Part shown: piece after piece, positions 1 through 47,484 of the stretch
Layout: every line of letters begins with the position of its first letter
Numbering within the stretch: position 1 is the stretch's first letter
Notes under the pieces: model-generated
What the model was told of the DNA's origin: nothing
Databases searched by the model: none
Seen by the model: the letters and a program-made list of their open reading frames with translations, nothing else
Program-made: the position numbers and the translations under genes
Assembly: GCF_006345805.1 (NCBI RefSeq)
Contig: NC_042998.1
Location: 189,472,001-189,536,000, forward strand
Reading direction: 5' to 3'
Origin: Octopus sinensis
Lineage: Eukaryota
Length of the DNA: 64,000 nt

Positions 1-127
1 TCTCTTACAGCTGTTTCAATTAATACTCAGTGAATTAATTAAATTTGTTAATAATAAACAATTATTAACTTCCCAATCTCCATTTCTTTTTCTTTTTTTG
101 TATGAATATAAACTATATGGTTTTATA

Positions 128-1411
128 CGAGGGACGTTCAATAAGTAATGCTCCTGACCCACTTGCAGTTGTTTGATCTAGCTGAAATTTTGCATGTGCA
201 ATTATTGATATCTCTATAAATTAAGTGGCAAATTACAGCTCTGGACTAATTGCGGTTTCTGATTTACAGGTGATTGAACTGAGTCAAGTATGAAATGGAG
301 CCTGTTGAGTGTCGAGCAATGATCTGGTTTTTGTATTTGAAAGGACGCACACCACGGAAGACTTTTGATGAAATAAAAGTAACTTATGGTGATGATGCCC
401 CATCATATGACCTTGTAAAACGCTGGCATCGTGAATTCAAACATGGTCGGAACTTTGTGGAAACAGCTCACAAATCTGGTCGCCGCCTTCTGCCTTTGAT
501 GAGGCATCTGTCCGTCAAGTTGAGGCTGCCATTTTGGAAGATCGACGCATAACTATTCGCCAAATAGCCCATGAGGTCAAGATTAGTACTGGGTCTGTGG
601 AAACTATCATTCATGACCATTTGGATATGCAAAAGGTGTCTGCAAGATGGATTCCCAGGTTGCTCACACCTTTCCAGAAGCAAGAACGCGTCGAGTGCAC
701 GAGGATGAATTTGGAGATGTGCCAAGAAGATGAGTCAAAATTTTTTAAAAGACTGATTACACAGGATAAAACCTGGGTCCATCACTATGATCCAGAGGCC
801 AAAGCCCAGTCAATGCTGTGGAAGCACCATGACTCACCTCCTCCAAAGAAGGCAAGAGTGCAGCCCTCCGCTGGCAAGGTCATGCTCACAGTCTTCTGGG
901 ACCAGGACGAAGTAGTGATGACAGATTTCCTGGCAAAGGGTACCACAATTACAGGAGCCTATTATGCTTCACTTTTGAGGAAATTAAGAGAAGCTATCAA
1001 AATCAAGAGGCGGGGCAAGATCAGCAAAGGCATCCTCCTCCTGCAGGACAATGCTCTGGTCCACAACCTGCTTGTCGCCAGATCAGAAGCACAGGTGTGC
1101 GGCTATGAACTCCACCCCCTACTCTCCTGACCTTGCACCCTCTGATTTTCACCTCTTCCCAGCCATGAAGTTGTTTTTGAAAGGAAAGCATTTCCCAGAT
1201 GATGCAGCCTTGATTTCTGAAGTCACGTCGTGGTTGGAGGACCAAGCTGGGGTCTTCTACAAAAACAGTCTCCAGAGCTGCATCAAACGATGGGAGAAAT
1301 GTGTAACTCTGGGTGTTTCCCATGTAGACAAAGACTAATAACTGTGCCAGGTTTCGTTGCTCTACTGCTATAGGAAGTGGGTCAGGGGCATTACTTATTG
1401 AACGCCCCTCG
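128..1411 (+). mobile_element. Full-length (1284 bp) mariner transposon, irritans/Hsmar2-like, with frameshifted transposase
   Basis: 37-bp TIRs at 128-164 and 1375-1411 (CGAGGG(A/G)CGTTCAATAAGTAATGC(T/C)CCTGACCCACTT, 2 mismatches). TA on both sides (126-127, 1412-1413). Transposase in three frames with WIPRLL, ITQDKTW, KVMLTVFWD, LQDNA and YSPDLAPSDFHLF motifs. Confidence 0.95.
295..1338 (+). pseudogene. Mariner D,D34D transposase pseudogene (two frameshifts, near 490 and near 1115)
   Basis: ORFs 295-552, 534-1130 and 1051-1338 join into one transposase. The second and third catalytic Asp codons (1047, 1144) are 97 nt apart instead of 105, i.e. a net 8-nt loss. Confidence 0.9.
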
Positions 1412-1527
1412 TATATATACCTATTATTTTTAAGGAAATCAATTACCCCAAAATATTAGGTATTGAATCAATATTTTCTTAGATGACACCATCCGTTCAT
1501 GAGGCTAACATAACCTCCAATCAAGAA

Positions 1528-1632
1528 CATATATATATATATACACACACACACACATACATATGCATATACATACATATTACATATATATATATACACA
1601 CATATATGCATATATATATATATACACATATA

Positions 1633-1688
<56 letters not shown>

Positions 1689-1790
1689 TATACATATGCA
1701 TATATACACACACACATACATATATAAATATGCATATAAATACATATATATACACATACATGCATGCATACATACATACAAACTGAACCA
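1528..1790. repeat. Compound (TA)n/(CA)n/(TACA)n microsatellite
   Basis: Directly visible; source of several spurious YI/CV-rich ORFs. Confidence 0.95.
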
Positions 1791-1869
1791 CAAAAGAAAC
1801 ATCACACACATACTAAATAGAGACCGGTTTATTAACAGACTGCTGTAGCATTGATTGAAGAGTTCTAAT

Positions 1870-3530
1870 TAAGAAACCGTCCTTTCCTAATGATAAAACA
1901 TCATTTCTTGAAACATGTTTGACGTCACATGGTGTCATGTGATGACGGAGTGTCCTGGATCCAAAGAGATGAATTCAGTATCTTGTCACCACTTGCAGCT
2001 GATGTAGAGCAGCCTCTTCATCTGCAGTTGGCTCTGCTTCTCCATGTTGTAAAATCTTCACAACTCCACTTTCAAAATTTGGGCTGTGCACAGTAGCTGC
2101 TGAAGAAGCAAATATTTTCAAACCCTTCGTAAGGGTTCAATGTGAGAATTTCATGAAAAAAGAATTTGAGCATCTCCCACATCTATTTCTGTTTTTGCAA
2201 GGCGACTGTTACTGAGTGTAACTTTCCTAAACTTTCTTTTAGAATCTGCAGATCATTATGATTGCATGGAATCAATAGATAATCAACCAGCTTTGGATCG
2301 CCTTGAAAAGAGTCTAAAAATGGCTTGAGTTGGATATACTTCTCAATCATGTCATCAGTACTGGACCAACAGGTTTTATTTCTTTGTATAGGTTGCAAAG
2401 GCGTTTTTTCCCGAAGTTTACCTGCAAGTTTTAATGATTTTAGCTTGCCCATCAACTTAGTAATTTTATCAAGTAGAACTTCTTGCAAGGCGGCGAGCTG
2501 GCAGAAATGTTAGAATGCCGGGCAAAATGCTTAGCGGTATTTCATCTGCCGTTACGTTCTGAGTTCAAATTCCTCCGAGGTTGACTTTGCCTTTCATCCT
2601 TTTGAGGTCGATAAATTAAGTACCAGTTATGCACTGGGGTCGATGTAATCGACTTAATACCTATGTCTGTCCTTGTTTGTCCCCTCTATGTTTAGCCCCT
2701 TGTGGGTAATAAAGAAATAGGTATTTCGTCTGCCGTTACATTCTGATTTCAAATTCTGCCAAGGTCAACTTTGCCTTTCATCCTTTTGGGGTGGATTAAA
2801 TAAGTACCAGTTACGCACTGGGGTCGATATAATCGACTTAATCCGTTTGTCTGTCCTTGGTTGTCCCCTCTATGTTTAGCTCCTTGCAGGTAGTAAATAA
2901 ATAAAAACTTCTTGCTTGTCGAGATAAGCAGAAACAGTTTGATGGAATTTATGAGAGGCACATCCAATCAATGGTATTCTTCACAAATTTGCTATAGATT
3001 TGTTCACTTCAGTATTATCTCTGGTAATAGCTACATTTCCTAAATTTCTGTTATAGGCACTTAACACATTCTCTATAAATTCGACATAATCAGAAGCAGT
3101 GAATTATGTTTCACTTACCATTGACGAAAATGCCAGTAAAACAGTACAATAGTCATTTTGATAATTGCACAAATAAGATGCAGAAAGTTCAATGTAATAT
3201 GTCAAACTCTTAGTCCAACCATCGATTACTGACAAAAGTTTACTTGGAAGTTCATCAGATATTTTATTTTCCACTCCTTGAGTAAGTCTCTCCATGTATT
3301 TTTTAAAGGTCACATTTGTCACACTTGACAAGTTTGTGTACTTATGAGTCAGTGGGTCTTCAGTAAAAGAAAATAGTTTAAAACCAACGCATACCCGCTC
3401 AATCCAACTATAAACATTTTAGGCTTGGCGACTGACCAAACTACTTGTTGGTGAAAGAAAATTGGTTTTCCAGTTGCTTGTGTAGTAGTACCTGACCTTT
3501 TGACAAGACTTGTGTTTGTCCTGCTGGACA
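1870..3530 (-). mobile_element. Degraded hAT-superfamily transposase remnant, interrupted by a SINE
   Basis: Minus-strand translation gives NVYSWIERVCVG...KYMERLTQGVENKISDELPSKLLSVIDGWTK (catalytic D), IPLIGCASHKF (CxxH) and, after the SINE, EVLLDKITKLMGKLK...NKTCWSSTDDMI (TRWSS-like). TIRs not found; ends approximate. Confidence 0.7.
2487..2905 (+). mobile_element. tRNA-derived SINE family A (Meta-domain-like), tandem dimer, 10-bp TSD
   Basis: Head AAGGCGGCGAGCTGGCAGAA, B-box-like GAGTTCAAATTC, core GACTTTGCCTTTCATCCTTT..GGTCGATAAATTAAGTACCAG. TSD AACTTCTTGC at 2477-2486 and 2906-2915. Confidence 0.9.
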
Positions 3531-3559
3531 AAGATGATATAATAATAATAATAATAATT

Positions 3560-6500
3560 GTTTCTTTATTACCCACAAGGGGCTAAACAAGGACAGACAA
3601 ACGGATTAAGTTGATTACATCGACCCCAGTGCGTAACGGGTACTTAATTTATCGACCCCAAAAGGATGAAAGGCAAAGTCAACCTCGGCAGAATTTGAAC
3701 TCAGAACGTAACGGCAGACGAAATACGGCTACGCATTTCGCCTGGTGTGCTAACAATTCGGCCAACTTGCCGCCTTAATAATGATACTAATAATAATAAT
3801 AATAATTTTATGGGAGGATGAAGTTAATTACATTGACCCCAGCACTCAACTGTTACACATTTTATCAGCCTGAAATGATGAAAGATAAAGTTAACCTTGG
3901 CTGTATTTGTACTCAAAACATAAAAAGCCTGATGAAATACTATTAAACAATTTGCCTGATGTGCTAATGATTTTGCCAGCTCACTGCTTTAAATAATGAT
4001 AATAATGACCATTATTATAATTTTTGTGAAATCTGTCCAGCTATAACATAACTTTCAGTTTGATTAATAACTCAACACTCTCTCTCTCCATCTGCATATA
4101 TGTAGACAGACATATACATGCATTTCTCAACACTATTGTCAAAGATATTAGAACAAAAGTATGAATCTCTTTTTGTCTGTCTGTTTCTCTGTATGCATGA
4201 CACATATGGATACATGTTTACACAGGTACAAACACATATATATATATGACAACATCATTATCTGTCCGGTCAAAAATGTATGTATGTGAAGGTGGCGAGC
4301 TGGCAGAAACATTAGCACGCCGGGCAAAATGCTTAGCAGTATTTCGTCTGCTGTTACATTCTGAGTTCAAATTCTGCCGAGGTCGACTTTGCCTTTCATT
4401 CTTTCGGGGTCGATAAATTAAGTACCAGTTGTGCACTGGAGTCGATGTAATCGACTTAATCCGTTAGTCTGTCCTTGTTTGTCCTCTCTGTGTTTAGCCC
4501 CTTGTGAGCAGTAAAGAAATAGGTATTTCATCTGTCGTTACGTTCTCAGTTCAAATTCCACCGAGGTCAACTTTGCCTTTCATCCTTTCACGGTCGTTAA
4601 ATTAAGTACCAGTTGTGTACTGGGGTCGATCAAATCGACTGCCCCCTCCCCACTCCCTAAAAATTTCGGGCCCTGTGCCTAGAGTAGAAAAGAATTATGT
4701 ATGTGTGGTTAGTACACAAACATGCATTTCTCAATAGGAACATTACAGACATTTAGTTAACTTATAAAGATACAGCTATTGAAAAAATAAATAAAAGAAG
4801 TTTCTTAGTTTCAAAAGTGTTAGCTTCATAATGTAATTAAACGCTTCTAATGATTTGTGTTGAGAAATTTTAATGTATTTATCTGTGTATATACATTACT
4901 ACATACCAAAAAAGATATATAATACTCATTTCTTTACTACCCACAAGGGGCTAAACATAAAGGGGACAAACAAGGACAGACAAATGGATTAAGTCGATTA
5001 CATCGATCCCAGTGCGTAACTGGTACTTAATTTATTGACCCCCCAAAAGGATGAAAGGCAAAGTCAACCTCGGCGGAATTTGAACTCAGAACGTAACGAC
5101 AGACGAAATACCGCTAAGTATTTCGCCCGGCGTGCTAACGTTTCTGCCAGCTCGCTGCCTTGACATATAATAATGTTACCATATTCATAAGATGGTACCT
5201 GTATGTATATGCTTGTCATTAGACAACAAAAGATGAAGAGAGAGAGAGAGGTTCCTCAATGCAATGGCATTGTGCTCTATGAAAATAAATGAGGTTAAAA
5301 ACTTATAAGAACATATATATATATGTGTGTGTGTTTGTGAGTCTGTGTTTGTCCCCCCAACATCACTTGACAACTGATGCTGGTGTGTTTGCGTCCCCGT
5401 AACTTAGCAGTTCGGCAAAAGAGACTGATAGAATAAGTACTGGGCTTACAAAGAATAAGTCCTGGGGGCGATTTCTCGACTAAAGACGGTGCTCCAGCAT
5501 GGCCATAGTCAAATGACAGAAACAAGTAAAAGAGAATATTTTCAACTAAATGTTTTTTTCCTATTCAGTATTGTTTTACCTTCTTTTAGTTAATTCTTTC
5601 ATGCATGAAACAGCGCATCACTTATTGCAGCTACACAACAATGGGTCATGTACTAATAATAATTTTTCTAATTATAAGCATAAGGAAGTTTTAAGTGGGT
5701 TTGATGCATTCGATTAACCCTTCCCCACGAAGTCAATTCCTTGACTCCAGTGTTCAAGGGCTACTTACTTTATTGATCCCAAAAGAATGAAAGGCAAAGT
5801 CAACCTTGGTGGAATTTGAACTCAGGCAGTACAGACGGACAAAATGCCACTAAGCATTTTGTCTGGCATGCTAATAATTCTCCCAGCTTGCTGCTTTAAT
5901 AATAATAATAATAATGGTTTCAAATTTTGGCACAAGGCCAGCAAGTTTGGGTGTAGGCGTTAGCAGATTACATTGACTCCAGTACTCCACTGATACTTAT
6001 TTTACTGACCCATTTCCCCCGAGAGGATGAAAGGAAAGGTTGGCCCCATGGCAGAATTTCAACTCAGAATGTAAAGATGGATGAAATGCTGCTAAGCATT
6101 TTGTCCATTATGTTAATGCTTCTGCCCACTTGCTGCTTCGATGATGATGATGGATTCAAATTTTGGCACAAGGCCAGCAAGTTTGGGTGTGGGCGTTAGC
6201 GGATTACACTGACTCCAGTACTCCACTGATACTTATTTTACTGACCCATTCCCCCCGAGAGGATGAAAGGAAAGGTTGGCCCCATGGCAGAATTTCAACT
6301 CAGAATGTAAAGATGGATGAAATGCTGCTAAGCATTTTGTCCATTATGTTAATGCTTCTGCCCACTTGCTGCTTCGATGATGATGATGGATTCAAATTTT
6401 GGGACATGGCCAGGAATTTTGTGGGGAAGGGTTAAACGAATGCATCAAATCCAGTGCTCAATTGGCCCTTATTACACCATATATATTTTGTACTAATAGG

Positions 6501-7500
6501 CACAAGGAAATTTTAAGAAGGAGAGCTAGTTGATTCAGCAATCCCAGTGCTCAATGGGTATTTATTTCATAATGGTATATTATTTCAAAGGTGGCGAGCT
6601 GGCAGAAACGTTAGCACGCCGGGCGAAATGCGTAGCCGTATTTCGTCTGCCATTATGTTCTGAGTTCAAATTCTGCCGAGGTCGACTTTGCCTTTCATCC
6701 TTTCGGGGTTGATAAATTAAGTACCAGTTATGCATTGGGGTCGATATAATCGACTTAATCCGTTTATCTGACCTTCTTTGTCCTCTCTGTGTTTAGCCCC
6801 TTGTGGGTAGTAAAGAAATAGGTATATTATTTCAAGGATGAAAGGCAAAGTCAACCTCAGCAGAATTTGAATCCAGAATGTAAAGACGAGCAAAATGCTG
6901 CTTAAGTATTTCATCTGTTGTGCTAACAACTCTGCCAGCTCACCACATTAATAATAAAGGATTCAAATTTTGGCACAAGGTCAGTAAGGTTGGAGGAGAG
7001 GGCTAGTTGATTATATCAATCCCAATGCTTATTGACCCCAAAAGGATGAAAGACAAAGTTAACCTTGGTGAAATTTGAACCCAGAATGTAAAATCAAACA
7101 AAATGCTGCTAACCAATTTGCTTGGCATGTTAACAATTCTGCTAGCTGGCTGCATTAATAATAATTTTTTCTACTATAGCCATAAGGCCTGAAATTTGGG
7201 AGTGGGGATAAGTCGATTACATCAATCCACTGTTCAACCAGTACTTATTTTATCGACCCTGAAAGGATAAAAGGTAAAGTTGACCCCGGTGGTATTTGAA
7301 CTCAGATCATAAAAATGGATGAAATGCTGCTAGGCATATTTTCCAGTGTGCTAACGATTCTGCCAGCTCACTACCTTAAATGATGATAATAATAATCCTT
7401 TCTACTAAAGGCACAAGGTCTGAAATTTTGGGGGAGATGGCTAGTTGATTACATCGACCCCAGTGTTTCACCAGTACTTAATTTATCAAACCCAATTATA
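3560..7500. mobile_element. Cluster of about 12 family A SINE copies (mostly minus, head-to-tail, separated by (AAT)n) plus one family B fragment near 5320-5535
   Basis: Repeated GGATGAAAGGCAAAGTCAACCT...GAATTTGAACTCAG...GCCAGCTC units. Plus-strand copies at about 4289-4697 and 6587-6825. Confidence 0.85.
5919..6400. repeat. Tandem duplication, 236-bp period, of a SINE unit
   Basis: CAAATTTTGG recurs at 5921, 6157 and 6393; the two copies differ at about 4 positions. Confidence 0.9.
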
Positions 7501-7506
7501 AACATA

Positions 7507-8070
7507 GGATGGCTTCTCATCTTAACTGATTGGAAGTGTTATCATGTACATTGTTTTGTCTTGGTATAAAAAGTGGGCTACAGCAAATATTCTGCTCAAT
7601 ACCACAGATTTGCTTGTCAGTTGTTTGACTTTAACCAGTTGAGCATATCCCTTAGTGGCTGATGATATATGCATCGCTGATCATGAGCAGAAGTTGTGGG
7701 GGAGTATCATAGTCAAGTGCTGAGAGGGATTCTTTGGGGTTTGGATAATTCACCTCTGGAAACATGGGTGTTTCGCTCAACATCCTTAAACAACCCTTAT
7801 TCAGGGACCCATTTGAGCGGGATGGGCTACTCGACCCGCAGAAAATTCTAACTGGGTCCCACCTGCAAGGTCATGCGCTGTTTATCTTGATATGAGATCA
7901 TCATGTCGCACACATATGGTTGTGATGCATGTGCCTCGTGTACCCTTATCAGACGGGTAGTCATGATGGGTATACTGGGCTTCGTATATTTTACCCGAGT
8001 GTCACTTTGATGGCATGCACTGCTCTCTCACTCAATAATAATAATAATGATAATAATAATAATAATAATA
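7507..8070 (+). mobile_element. Unclassified retroposon-like segment ending in an (AAT)n tail
   Basis: GC-richer ~530-bp block ending GCTCTCTCACTC followed by (AAT)n; no ORF or family motif recognised. Confidence 0.4.
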
Positions 8071-8779
8071 AAGACTTATACAAAAAGCTTATTTTATTTA
8101 GAAAATAAAGGATAATTTCGCAATAAAATAGAGTTTATAAAACAATCGTTGTTACTGAAGATAGCCATCTGAAAATCCATAAGTAAAAAAAAGGTACTCG
8201 TATATTTGTGGGTATATTAATCAATGCATACAATATTATATAATTCCATTACAGCCGATCTTATCAATTTGTCTCGCATTGGATATTATTAGATAACAGG
8301 GTGGTTTTTTAATATACATGCTATTTAGGGGGATGGCACATGTATATATATGTGTGTGTGATATGTACACACACACACACATATATATACATACATATAT
8401 GAAATAGGTACTAGAGCTTCTAAGGATATAAAGTTTATGAATATATATGTATTTTAGGTTGTATATCAAAATTATTTTTTATTAAATTATAAACAAATAA
8501 AAACATGTTCTTTTTTTTAAAAAAGAGAAATTTAATATAAAAATAATCTGAAGTTAGGAAACGTTCCCTGAACAGTGATAGAAAAATAGAGTTTAATCTG
8601 TGGAAGCAATATCGGTCTATAAAATCATGGGCAAGCAGTAATAAACTGTTCTTATATTCTCGTTAGGAAATATATTACAAATGTCAACGGAATTCAGTTT
8701 CCCCACCAAATAACGAGAGAATAATAATGCCCGATTACATCTGAAACACGATTTGTTTTAAATTTTTAAAAAGAGTAGG

Positions 8780-9215
8780 GGCAATCTTTCGTCTCTAGTA
8801 GACCTTTCCGTCGATTTCCGTAAAAATTTTTTTTTTTTTTTACATATGGGCTTGCGGGAACTTTTGAAGTAATGAGAGCGAAAGAGACTAAGAGAAAGCG
8901 ATTGTATGACGAGGGAAGTTCTTTTGAAGTTACCGTGCATTGATGGGCATGTGTGTGTGCGTGCGTGTGTGTGTGTGTGTTTCATGGGGTGTGGGAGACA
9001 GACAGTATGTTGTGTAAGTGAAGTGCTTCTGTTAGTGTGTGTGAAGAGACAGAGAGAGTAATGTGTGAAAGAGAGAGATAACTGAAATTTTTTTACTCGG
9101 TGTATGTGTATATGTATGTATATTACTTCAAAAGTTCCCGCAAGCCCATATGTAAAAAAAAAAAAATTTTTTTACGGAAATCGACGGAAAGGTCTACTAG
9201 AGACGAAAGATCGCC
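8780..9215. mobile_element. MITE with ~93-bp TIRs and 8-bp TSD
   Basis: 8780-8872 is the near-perfect reverse complement of 9122-9215. Flanks AGAGTAGG (8772-8779) and AGAGTGGG (9216-9223). Confidence 0.8.
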
Positions 9216-9461
9216 AGAGTGGGTTGTATAATTAGTTATTTTAAAAAAGTAAAAAAAAAAAAAACGAAAAGAAACATTTTTTTAAACAAACAGCCGTGCC
9301 CTGCACAGACTCATAGTTAAGATTTAAATATACTGGCAAGCTTTCACAAAATCCAATTTATGTATCCTTTGGCAAGAGTGTACATCTCAGCATTTGTAAT
9401 CCAGTGGTTTTCCTTCGTTAGTTGTAACTTTTCTTTAAGACAGATGACATTAAAACTCCCA

Positions 9462-9467
9462 TTTATT
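9462..9467 (-). terminator. Candidate polyadenylation signal (AATAAA) of the Grx-DEP-DUF547 gene
   Basis: TTTATT on plus, about 70 nt downstream of the stop codon. Confidence 0.45.
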
Positions 9468-9536
9468 AAAGCAATAAAAGAATTATTTTCCTATGTAGGG
9501 AGGCTTAAAGTAAACCAGTGTTCAGTGAAGTGTCGG

Positions 9537-10964
9537 CTATGAATTAAGGGACCAGTTGTATGGCAGATACACTATAGTTACTTTACCGTCGTTAATTATT
9601 TTCCTCAAGTTAGATTTTTTCTCTCCTTTTTTCAACACACTGAAAATCCATTCAAGTAACCCCTTATCGGTATTGCTAAAATCTTTCCTGTACCACTTAA
9701 ATATCAGAGACAACTTCACCTGTTTCTTTTCAGCATCAACAACAAAATTTTCGTCACTTTCTAAAAACACATCTGCAGCCTGTTGAAGTTGAACATGAAC
9801 TTCTTCGGCCGAGTAAATGGAAATAGGAGGACAGCCGCTAGCTCCGCACACAAGTGCAAAATGAATGAAAGGGTTTACTTCGGGCATAGCTACCCGAAGG
9901 CGAGGATCAGTCTTTTGGAAAGGTTTCGTTATCATACCCATTCCAGTTTCATTAGCTCTAAGCACACCGTTTTCTATTTCCCCAAGTGAGTATGAATAAC
10001 CACCGATTATGTAACGGGTCTTATTGAAGAAATTGTAGCGTTTCACAATGTTAGTTGGGGGTCCAAAACGAATAATCCCGTGAATCACTAAGGCATTGTA
10101 TATGTTGATAAAAAAGGCAAGTTTCTGATCGTCACTTTCATATCCGAACTGTACTCGCTGTAGTTGAAGAGTCAATTTTTCATATTGTTTGAATTCGTTG
10201 CTGTCTTCAATACTTTTGTAATCGACAGCTTTGCCGTTCGCAGAGAGGTAAGAGTCATATATAGCAGATATTTGGAAACGTAATCTTTTCCCCAGTTTGT
10301 CTAGAGTTGTTGGTTTACAAAATGAAATGGGTTTCGCATTCAATGCCGAGCTGGATAGATCTTCGAGTAGCATATAATATGTATCGCCACGGTTAAGCCA
10401 TCCTGCATTGGAGACTTCACGACAAAAATGATGACTTAGTAAGGCTTTACACAATCTCACAGCTTCCTGATAGTCAGTATTTTTCGTTTTCGTTACCCAG
10501 TCAACAAACTCTTTCTCACTAAACAGCTTTTTAAACTTACATAGACCGCTCCAACGATACGCGATTATGCCACTTTTTTTCAAGTCATTCACCAAATCGA
10601 CATATTCATCCGTCTCACACGTAATAAAATTATCCAATTCAGTTTCTGGGCACGGAATCTCGAGCGCTGTTTCTGATAAAGGGTTGTTTTTGACAAGTTC
10701 AGTTAGTTCTGCACGCCGTTTATCATCTGACATAAGCGCTTTCAGGTCATTGTAGTTGCCGACATGCACATCGTTGAAAAATATCTGCGGGACACTTTTC
10801 TTTTTAAGATTAGCAAGCATCCAGTCTTTACACTGGGTGTGAACGTCCACGTTGACGGTGACGTGAGGTAGTTGAAACTTTTCCAAAAGTCGTTTGGCTT
10901 GAATGCAGTGTACACATCCATTGATGCTATATACAAGTATGCGGCCTTTCAGCTCTGTCACCAT
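9537..10964 (-). CDS. Intronless glutaredoxin-DEP-DUF547 domain protein, 475 aa
   Basis: Uninterrupted ORF. N-terminal Grx fold (VYSINGCVHC...SVPQIFFNDVHVG), DEP-like FSEKEFVDWV...EAVRLCKALL, and DUF547 motifs KLAFFINIYNALVIHG, YSLGEIENGVLR, IHFALVCGASGCPP, LSLIFKWYRKDF. Confidence 0.9.
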   Translation of the reverse strand: MVTELKGRILVYSINGCVHCIQAKRLLEKFQLPHVTVNVDVHTQCKDWMLANLKKKSVPQIFFNDVHVGNYNDLKALMSDDKRRAELTELVKNNPLSETALEIPCPETELDNFITCETDEYVDLVNDLKKSGIIAYRWSGLCKFKKLFSEKEFVDWVTKTKNTDYQEAVRLCKALLSHHFCREVSNAGWLNRGDTYYMLLEDLSSSALNAKPISFCKPTTLDKLGKRLRFQISAIYDSYLSANGKAVDYKSIEDSNEFKQYEKLTLQLQRVQFGYESDDQKLAFFINIYNALVIHGIIRFGPPTNIVKRYNFFNKTRYIIGGYSYSLGEIENGVLRANETGMGMITKPFQKTDPRLRVAMPEVNPFIHFALVCGASGCPPISIYSAEEVHVQLQQAADVFLESDENFVVDAEKKQVKLSLIFKWYRKDFSNTDKGLLEWIFSVLKKGEKKSNLRKIINDGKVTIVYLPYNWSLNS

Positions 10965-11091
10965 CTTAGCAGACTAACTCAACAAGCAGAGCTCAGCTGC
11001 TTTGTGAAGGGGAGATCACTCCGTTTGACTATTGCCAAAGTGGAAGTTGACACTGTCCATACAAAGGTGTGTCGCTGTTTACGTTTACAAT
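10965..11091. promoter_or_regulatory. Putative compact bidirectional promoter / 5' UTR region
   Basis: 127 bp between two divergent ATGs. ETS-like GGAAGT at 11042-11047. YY1-like AAGATGG (minus, 10961-10967) and AATATGGC (11089-11096) overlap the two start codons. No TATA box seen. Confidence 0.7.

Positions 11092-47484
<36,393 letters not shown>

Noticed and set aside
1468-1848. Several 65-121-aa ORFs rich in Y/I/C/V/H/T
   Set aside because: Translations of (TA)n/(CA)n microsatellite; the same applies to similar ORFs elsewhere.
9240-9290. A-run as the poly(A) remnant of the retrocopy
   Set aside because: It is on the plus strand, i.e. a T-run in the gene's sense, and no flanking TSD is evident.
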